Sequence record: MK408758.1
Reading direction: 5' to 3' (one strand)
Origin: Campylobacter phage CP20
DNA: 24,000 bases
The stretch's first letter is position 1; every line of letters starts with the position of its first letter. The notes under the pieces were generated by a model. It had not been told where the DNA came from and did no database searches. It worked only from the letters and a program-made list of their open reading frames with translations. The position numbers and the translations under genes were made by a program. Shown here piece after piece: positions 17,788-24,000 of this stretch.

Positions 17788-18891
17788 ATGGCTGGTAAAC
17801 TGATAGTAGAATTTAGCTTAGATACTAAATGTAACTTAGCTTGTAAATACTGTTATAGTGCTCATACGCCACCAAATCCTATGTCTATAGACACAGCTAT
17901 GAAATTCTTTGATAGAATTAATTATATGTTAGATTATTATGATAAAGATAGCTATCATATTTCATACTTTGGTGGTGAACCTTTGTTGAACTGGGAAGTG
18001 ATTGAAGCAACTTTACCAAAATTTCAAGAAGATCCAAGATGTGCAAGCTATGTTGTGATAACTAATGGTGCACTATTAGACCCTAAAAAAGTTCAGTTCT
18101 TAAAGGCTCATAATTGTGGAATTTCACTGAGTTTTGATGGGCTGTGGCAAAATACTAATCGCCCAGTGGCTGAAGGTACTTTTGAAGGGACTTTAGATTA
18201 TTTTAAGCAAAACAAAGCATTAATTCATAATATTACAGATACCTGTAAAGTTATGATACAACCCAAGAACTTCACAACAATGACTGAAAATTTTGAGTTT
18301 TTTGTTAACGATTATGAATTCTTAAGACCTGATTTTTGTTTAGTTCGTGATAACATTTATACTAAAAGTCAAATAGAAACATTTGCTATAGAAGTTGAAA
18401 GATTAGCACATAAAGTACTTGAATATCAACATAAAGGAATACCAGCAAGTGTAGGATTATTTGATTTATATGCTTTAGATATTTTAGCAGGTGCTAGATT
18501 TGGTAAAAGAGACCACGGTTGTTTCGTAGGAAATAACGGTTGTTTATATGCGGTAGATGGTAAATTCTGGCCTTGTGAGCGATACAGATCAACTAATAAA
18601 ATGGTTCTATATAGTCCAGAATCTGGATTAAATCTAAAGAATCTTAAGTTTATGTCTAAATACGCAGACCCAAGAAAATTCAAGAAATGTATGAAGTGTG
18701 AAATTCGTGAGTATTGTAATGTTGGGTGTACACACCAAGAAATGAGAGAAGCTAAATTCGAAGGTAGAGAACCAATAGATTCTGTATGCCATTTATTTAA
18801 ACATTCTTTTAAGTGGGCTATGTTTGTTTTTAAGAACTCTACTAAAGAATATAAAGATTATCTGTATAGAAGGCTTGAAGTTGGATCTTGA
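17788..18891 (+). CDS. Radical SAM/SPASM domain protein (anSME/peptide-maturase-like)
   Basis: CNLACKYCY (CX3CX2C), YFGGEPLLNW, SPASM pattern CFVGNNGCLYAVDGKFWPC (CX12GX4C), CMKCEIREYCNVGC (CX2CX5CX3C) and distal CHLF. Confidence 0.88.
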   Translation: MAGKLIVEFSLDTKCNLACKYCYSAHTPPNPMSIDTAMKFFDRINYMLDYYDKDSYHISYFGGEPLLNWEVIEATLPKFQEDPRCASYVVITNGALLDPKKVQFLKAHNCGISLSFDGLWQNTNRPVAEGTFEGTLDYFKQNKALIHNITDTCKVMIQPKNFTTMTENFEFFVNDYEFLRPDFCLVRDNIYTKSQIETFAIEVERLAHKVLEYQHKGIPASVGLFDLYALDILAGARFGKRDHGCFVGNNGCLYAVDGKFWPCERYRSTNKMVLYSPESGLNLKNLKFMSKYADPRKFKKCMKCEIREYCNVGCTHQEMREAKFEGREPIDSVCHLFKHSFKWAMFVFKNSTKEYKDYLYRRLEVGS

Positions 18892-18905
18892 TATCTTTTA
18901 GCATC

Positions 18906-18928
18906 TAACACTCGAGTGTTATTTTTTT
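18906..18928 (+). terminator. Rho-independent terminator
   Basis: taacactcgagtgtta perfect palindrome (6-bp stem, tcga loop) followed by seven T. Confidence 0.85.
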
Positions 18929-18948
18929 TAAGAGCCTTTAATCAAAAT

Positions 18949-18970
18949 TTAAACAAAATTAGGATATAAT
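18949..18970 (+). promoter_or_regulatory. Promoter-like element, variant (TTAAA-N11-TATAAT)
   Basis: ttaaacaaaattaggatataat immediately upstream of ORF 18976. Confidence 0.5.
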
Positions 18971-18975
18971 TAATT

Positions 18976-19308
18976 ATGGCAAATATATTCGAACAATTTA
19001 CAAACTGTCTTAAGGACAAAGATTATAACGAGAGTTTAGGTTTTAATAGCTTTATGTTTTGTAGATTCTTAGGGTCAAGCCCTAACACTTTACAATTAGC
19101 TAATGTTATTAATATATTATATAAAAGCTTGCCTAACGAAGCTCAATATAATTTAGTGAGATATACAAAAAATAAACCAAAATTTATAAGATTTACGAAA
19201 GCATTATCCGAATCGGAATCTGTTAAAGAAATACAATTAAAATATAAGGTAAATAAAGAAGTAGCTAAATTATATGCAAGTATTTTAGATTCTATACGTA
19301 GATCTTAA
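18976..19308 (+). CDS. Small protein, possible clamp loader small subunit (distant T4 gp62-like)
   Basis: Pattern FNSFMFCRFLGSSPNTLQLANVINILYKSLPNEAQYNLVRY...KFIRFTKAL...IQLKYKVNKEVAKLYASIL resembles gp62-type layout by eye. Confidence 0.4.
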   Translation: MANIFEQFTNCLKDKDYNESLGFNSFMFCRFLGSSPNTLQLANVINILYKSLPNEAQYNLVRYTKNKPKFIRFTKALSESESVKEIQLKYKVNKEVAKLYASILDSIRRS

Positions 19309-19313
19309 TCAAA

Positions 19314-19330
19314 GGAGCTATGTCAGCTCC
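19314..19330 (-). terminator. Candidate hairpin between convergent genes
   Basis: ggagct-atgtc-agctcc 6-bp stem between the ends of 18976-19308(+) and 19336-19941(-); short ttt on the minus-strand 3' side. Confidence 0.4.
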
Positions 19331-19335
19331 AATAA

Positions 19336-19941
19336 TTAAAACATTACACTCCATTGAATTCTGAATGCGACTGTTGATTCTTTTACTTTACCTTTAAAGG
19401 TTCTCATAGCAATCAAATTTGTGTCACTATACAAACCAGCTTCGGTATAAACTACACCATCATTAGCACAGTTAAAAGCATCTTGTGCGATATTAATAGT
19501 ATAAGTTACTACAGGCTCTGCTTGCTCAATACCAGTAACTGTAATATCTACTGTAGAGTTATTATTAGCACCATCCTGAACATTTGTGGCAGCAGTGTTA
19601 ACCATATTACCACTTGGTGTAAAAATTACTTGGTTCCAAGTTCTATTAATATCACCTTGTTCTTGCCCACTGAAAATATTAGTAACAGACGCAGTAAATC
19701 CAGTAGTTTCATCCTTTGGTGTTAAAATATCAGAACCTTGATGTCCTTTGGTGCCCATAACAAATCTATTAATAGCATTGCTTTCATTGATACCGGCAAT
19801 CAATTTAGCAAATTCAGCTCTTGCTACATTTGTAATAAGATTTTTCTGTTCGAATTTATCGATAACATTACCATTAGCATCTAAACTTTCAATACAAAAA
19901 TAACCTCTGGCAGGTGTTTTTTGAGCTTCTTTAAAATTCAT
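19336..19941 (-). CDS. Phage tail/baseplate-associated structural protein
   Basis: 201-aa beta-rich protein; ends with TFKGKVKESTVAFRIQWSVMF, a tail-protein-like pattern. Minus strand among plus-strand genes. Confidence 0.45.
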   Translation of the reverse strand: MNFKEAQKTPARGYFCIESLDANGNVIDKFEQKNLITNVARAEFAKLIAGINESNAINRFVMGTKGHQGSDILTPKDETTGFTASVTNIFSGQEQGDINRTWNQVIFTPSGNMVNTAATNVQDGANNNSTVDITVTGIEQAEPVVTYTINIAQDAFNCANDGVVYTEAGLYSDTNLIAMRTFKGKVKESTVAFRIQWSVMF

Positions 19942-19996
19942 ATTAGGCCTTTATGATTTTTTGATATATTTATTTGGGTAATAAATAAAACAAAAA

Positions 19997-21517
19997 GTGA
20001 ATACAATGCAAAAAGATCAAATTGATATATCTATATTAAATGTAAACAAATATTTGACTAGCCAAGCAAGAAAAGAAGCTTTTATCTACGATAAAGTTAA
20101 AGTAGAAGAAAAATATGACGGTATTAAAGTAACCATAGTTCATATAGATAAAACTGGTGATTATAAACAAGATTTTATTGTTTCATACAAATCCAATATT
20201 ATATATCCTGATGAGTTTGAATACGCAGTCAAATCCAAAATAAGACCTGAAAGCATTAATAATTCACAATTTACATTTATTTTCGATATTCTTAAAAAAT
20301 GTGATTCAAAGAGTTTACCTTTAAATTATGAATTCTTTGTAGAATTCTTGATGAAAAAACCTACATTACAACATAAGTATAAGAAGATGGGTGCAATTTT
20401 ATTAGCTTATAGCCCTTGTACTTATGAAGTCAAATTTGGGAGATTATTCACAAAACCAAAAGGTTTCTATACAGATTCAAGAGAAACTTATGCTAAGAAA
20501 TTAGGATTTGATTACCCAAGAACTATATTTGAAGGTAATTTCGCTAATTTTGAACGTGGTATCAAATCACAAGAACTCAATGATATTTTTAGAACTTATA
20601 AAAATATTCTTAAAATAGAAAACATAGATTTATATATACAACAAATATCTGAAATGTTTCTTAAAATGGAATCTAAGTATGGTGGTAAACCTGAAGGTTA
20701 TGTTTTAACTTATCCCGGATTCTTATTAAAAATTCAACAACCTTATCAAGTGGATCCTAAAGCAAGAGCAGAAACCCGTTCACAATATCAAGGAGATCCT
20801 GATACTGAAAATGCTTATTGGGCTAACGTTAGATTAGCAGCTTTAAATATTATCGGAGCCAGTAATATTAAAGGTTCTTTAAATGAAATACTTCAAAAGT
20901 ATGGCGAAGCTCTTAAGAAATATAAGTTGAATTTTACGCATCCTAAAAAGACACAATTTCAAATAAAAGATGATATTCAAGGTAATATCAAAATGATCGT
21001 TATTAAAAGACTTAAAGGAAATAATAACTTTTTATTCTTAGGTAAGTTTAGAATTTTAACTAAAGCTCATTATAATATTATTAAAAATGGATTAAAAAAA
21101 TACGATAATGGTGTGGTCTGTTTAGTGACTTCAAAAGATACTAAAGAGTTTGAAGATCTTAGATTAGAAATGTTAAAATCTTGCTTTCCTGAAATTGAAA
21201 TTATACAACATAGTACAGGAAATATTATTAGTATTATGAATAAATCTAAAATGAATATAAATGCTGTTTTATGCGGTAGTGATAGGTATAATGACTACGT
21301 AAATCAATTAAGAGCTAACCCAGATATTCAAGTTGTTGAAACACCTAGAGACACTGGTGCGATTTCTGCGACTGCAGTAATTGAGAATCTAAATTCAGAA
21401 GTTTTCTTTAAAAGAAATACACCAAGCGAAATACATTCTATGTATAATAAAATATTAAAAAGATTTAAAAGCTTGGGTTTAGTATCAGATTTGTCTAAAG
21501 AACCAGAAAATAAATAA
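19997..21517 (+). CDS. Nucleic acid ligase-like adenylyltransferase domain fused to a C-terminal HIGH-type nucleotidyltransferase-like domain
   Basis: Ligase-like KYDG (20111-20122), NYEFFVEF, PEGYVL, LLKIQQP; C-terminal GKFRILTKAH (21041-21070), VLCGSDRY, ISATAV (21362-21379). Confidence 0.75.
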   Translation: MNTMQKDQIDISILNVNKYLTSQARKEAFIYDKVKVEEKYDGIKVTIVHIDKTGDYKQDFIVSYKSNIIYPDEFEYAVKSKIRPESINNSQFTFIFDILKKCDSKSLPLNYEFFVEFLMKKPTLQHKYKKMGAILLAYSPCTYEVKFGRLFTKPKGFYTDSRETYAKKLGFDYPRTIFEGNFANFERGIKSQELNDIFRTYKNILKIENIDLYIQQISEMFLKMESKYGGKPEGYVLTYPGFLLKIQQPYQVDPKARAETRSQYQGDPDTENAYWANVRLAALNIIGASNIKGSLNEILQKYGEALKKYKLNFTHPKKTQFQIKDDIQGNIKMIVIKRLKGNNNFLFLGKFRILTKAHYNIIKNGLKKYDNGVVCLVTSKDTKEFEDLRLEMLKSCFPEIEIIQHSTGNIISIMNKSKMNINAVLCGSDRYNDYVNQLRANPDIQVVETPRDTGAISATAVIENLNSEVFFKRNTPSEIHSMYNKILKRFKSLGLVSDLSKEPENK

Positions 21518-21540
21518 CAAAAACATCAAATGGAATTAAA

Positions 21541-22728
21541 ATGACTGAGTTAAGATTAAATGTAGATTCTAAAGATATCGTAGAAGCCGGAGATTATAAA
21601 TCTACCCAAAGAGGTATGTTAACATTTTCTAAAAATGCCGTGTATTTGGGTGATGGTGATAAAGCTAATAAAATTATAGATGCAGAAAGCTTAAAAACTG
21701 AAATAGAAAAAGTTCAAAACAATGTAAATACTACTATAACTCAGCAAATACAAAATGTAAATAACACTATAACTCAAGTTCAAAACACGCCAACAGTTCA
21801 ATTTTTAAATATATGTGATAATGCAACTGATTTAGCTACGTTAAAATCAAGCGTTACATTAAAAAACGTTTTTGATAATTGGGTAAGGCACTCTACTATG
21901 AATTCTGCTAGCGGCCCCAAATTAGATGATGCTGCAGGGAAAGCAGAAGCTGCTAAATGGTCTTACATAGAAGCAGAAGATGCTATAGCAAGTAATATAA
22001 ATTCAAATTATTATAACATGTTTTTAAGTAATGATATCAAAGATACTTATAGTGTGCAAATATCAGCCACTGGTCAAGATGGGGATGACGATGTTTTAAG
22101 TATTGTTGTAGCAGCTAAAATAATTAATGGTAAATTATATACATTAAGTGCAGTGAGATCTTTACAATTAAACACTTTACCAGGTGGTACTTCCTGGGGT
22201 CTATTTTTTAATTATTGTGGTAACAATGAAGAACCTTATACAACTTATAGGTTATTAGCTTCTAAAGGTGATATCACCAATAATTATCCTAAAACAACTT
22301 GGCAAGCAGGCAAACATTTATTAAAAGTGACTAGAACTAAAAATAGAGTACAATGTTGGACTTCAGATCTAAACCAAGCATTGGATGACAACTCATTAAT
22401 TGATTATACATTACCAACAACAAAACCTAGTGTTTTATCCGATAATGAATTTAATATATTGAAAGAATTATTAAATTCACCTTGTCAAATGGGTTTTGGT
22501 AATTGGTCTCAAAATATTAAATTTTATTTTGATTCTCAATCAGGTGTGTACGATGATACTATAATAGATATATTAAACAATCAAAAATGGACATACAATA
22601 GTTCTAACAAAAATTGGGTAGCGTCTGCATTAGATAACTCAATAATACCAGAAAATGTTTTAATTAGTTCTAAGAAAACTAAAAAATTGTTTTATAATAA
22701 TGGTATTGAAATATCAAGTTTAAACTAG
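21541..22728 (+). CDS. Tail fibre/structural protein
   Basis: N-terminal MLTFSKNAVYLGDGDKANKIIDAESLKTEI followed by a coiled-coil-like NNTITQVQNT region and a beta-rich C-terminal domain. Confidence 0.6.
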   Translation: MTELRLNVDSKDIVEAGDYKSTQRGMLTFSKNAVYLGDGDKANKIIDAESLKTEIEKVQNNVNTTITQQIQNVNNTITQVQNTPTVQFLNICDNATDLATLKSSVTLKNVFDNWVRHSTMNSASGPKLDDAAGKAEAAKWSYIEAEDAIASNINSNYYNMFLSNDIKDTYSVQISATGQDGDDDVLSIVVAAKIINGKLYTLSAVRSLQLNTLPGGTSWGLFFNYCGNNEEPYTTYRLLASKGDITNNYPKTTWQAGKHLLKVTRTKNRVQCWTSDLNQALDDNSLIDYTLPTTKPSVLSDNEFNILKELLNSPCQMGFGNWSQNIKFYFDSQSGVYDDTIIDILNNQKWTYNSSNKNWVASALDNSIIPENVLISSKKTKKLFYNNGIEISSLN

Positions 22729-22738
22729 GATTTAACAC

Positions 22739-22948
22739 TTGCCAAACCATTTAATTAAAACTTTCTTAAATATGGCTATAGCCGTATCAGTAGGTATAAT
22801 TTGTTTTTTAATTGATTTTTATATACATCATACATTATCTTGGAAAATGTTCTTAATATTTTGTATAATAACTATATATTACGATATTAAATTAATTTGT
22901 GATGTTGTTAATGAACCATCAAATACTAATATAAAACATAAAATATAA
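22739..22948 (+). CDS. Small membrane protein (two TM segments)
   Basis: TTG start, upstream aggatt; hydrophobic MAIAVSVGIICFLIDFYI and MFLIFCIITIYY. Confidence 0.5.
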   Translation: MPNHLIKTFLNMAIAVSVGIICFLIDFYIHHTLSWKMFLIFCIITIYYDIKLICDVVNEPSNTNIKHKI

Positions 22949-22957
22949 AGACTAAAA

Positions 22958-23488
22958 ATGCAAGATTTAAAACCTCGAGAACTAAAAACTTATGAAATAG
23001 AAGAACTTATAGTTCTAAATACAAAAACTGCAAAAGAACTCAGAGATTCTATGGTAGAATCAAACCCAATTTGCCCTTTATGCGGTTCTAAGATCTTCAA
23101 TCCTGTACTTGATCACAAACATAGTAAAAAACAAGAAAATTTAGGTGTACAAGGCGCCGGCTTAGTCAGAAATGTTATTTGCAGTACTTGTAATATTTTC
23201 TTAGGTAAAATGGAAAATAATTATAAAAGATATAGAATTCAAAACTTGTCTGATTTTTTAAGAAATGCTGCAAATTATTTGGAAACTGATACAACACCAT
23301 ATGTATACCCAAGCGAAGCAAAAAAATTAAAAGAAATTTTTCCGAAGTCTTTATATAATAAACTGATTAAAGCAATTCATTTAGAAACCAAAAAAGATAT
23401 TAATTATATTAAAAAGAAAATTAAGCACACAAAATATCTTAGCCAAAAAACAAAAGATTTATTAATATCTTATGGTTTATATTCTTAA
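22958..23488 (+). CDS. Recombination endonuclease VII (T4 gp49-like)
   Basis: CPLCGSK...VLDHKHSKKQENLGVQGAGLVRNVICSTCNIFLGKMENNY: paired CxxC zinc motif with HNH/Endo VII LDHxH...RN..C..CN..LGK. Confidence 0.88.
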   Translation: MQDLKPRELKTYEIEELIVLNTKTAKELRDSMVESNPICPLCGSKIFNPVLDHKHSKKQENLGVQGAGLVRNVICSTCNIFLGKMENNYKRYRIQNLSDFLRNAANYLETDTTPYVYPSEAKKLKEIFPKSLYNKLIKAIHLETKKDINYIKKKIKHTKYLSQKTKDLLISYGLYS

Positions 23489-23548
23489 AGTTTAAAGTAT
23501 AACTAAAGTTTAAAAGTTTAGTACATAAATATTAAAAAAAGGTTAATA

Positions 23549-24000
23549 ATGGGGTTATTAGAAAGTATAAAAAATAGTATTATAGGTGAAAAAATAGATA
23601 GACCATTCTTAGAACAACCTATTAATAAAATAGATACTACAGTTCCATTCGGTAGAGTAATAAACACTTTATCTGATGACGAACCTTTAAGATTCCAAAC
23701 CTTTTTTGATAATGTAAATGACATAACTTATGTTGATAATCTACAAAAAGCATCAGAACAAGCTCAAAAAATTGATATCTACAGACAAACTGCTAAGATT
23801 GCTGAATGTTGGAGTGGTTTAACAGAAATTGTAGACGAAGTCGCATATTGTAGAGATTTCAAAGATCCTATTAAATTAGAAGTTGATACTTCGAATAAGA
23901 AAATAGACATAGCAATATCTAATGCTTTTGAAAAAATAATGAAATTATTTGGGACCCAAAAATATCTACATTCTTTTATCAGACAATCTTATATAGACGG
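23549..24000 (+). CDS. Portal vertex protein (T4 gp20-like), 5' partial; runs off the window
   Basis: Open from ATG 23549 (RBS aaaaaaagg) to the window end: MGLLESIKNSIIGEKIDRP...QKIDIYRQTAKIAECWSGLTEIVDEVAYCRDFKDPIKLEVD..., matching the gp20-type YR..a...EV..aI..IV.Ea pattern. Absent from the ORF track because no stop lies in the window. Confidence 0.7.
   Translation, partial: MGLLESIKNSIIGEKIDRPFLEQPINKIDTTVPFGRVINTLSDDEPLRFQTFFDNVNDITYVDNLQKASEQAQKIDIYRQTAKIAECWSGLTEIVDEVAYCRDFKDPIKLEVDTSNKKIDIAISNAFEKIMKLFGTQKYLHSFIRQSYID

Noticed and set aside
18426-18683. Minus-strand 85-aa ORF
   Set aside because: Antisense to the conserved SPASM region.
19483-19725. Plus-strand 80-aa ORF
   Set aside because: Antisense of the tail-like minus-strand gene; no RBS.
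23518-23724. Minus-strand 68-aa ORF
   Set aside because: Antisense to the open portal-like plus-strand frame.
1-24000. CRISPR arrays, rRNA, tRNA genes
   Set aside because: No regularly spaced direct repeats with unique spacers and no tRNA/rRNA-like conserved sequence were seen.

Overview
This 24 kb window is AT-rich and almost entirely coding. It looks like part of a T4-like (Straboviridae-like) myovirus genome. The AT bias, the style of the QueE protein and the style of the promoters suggest a Campylobacter or other epsilonproteobacterial host, but that host call is inference. Recognisable genes are: large terminase (interrupted in frame by a mini-intein at the Walker A motif), two gp26/gp51-type baseplate hub proteins, topoisomerase large subunit (gp39-like, Toprim domain incomplete), a P-loop kinase, dUTPase, DNA primase, an orphan Type III Mod-like adenine methyltransferase (frameshifted at an A7 tract), clamp loader gp44 and a possible distant gp62, an RNase H/FEN-like nuclease, an SDR epimerase, a QueE-like radical SAM enzyme, a short UDP-glucose dehydrogenase-like protein, a radical SAM/SPASM maturase beside small Cys-containing ORFs, a ligase-like protein fused to a HIGH-type nucleotidyltransferase, fibre/tail proteins, recombination endonuclease VII, and the start of a gp20-like portal gene. 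The portal gene is missing from the ORF track because it runs off the window. The non-coding signal of most interest is a recurring element, TTAAG-N11-TATAAT, often with a second TTAAG-like half-site 11 nt further upstream, found 5' of several genes or operons. The best candidates for new biology are the ligase-nucleotidyltransferase fusion, the SPASM cassette, the frameshifted Mod gene, the periodic promoter element, and the TerL intein.
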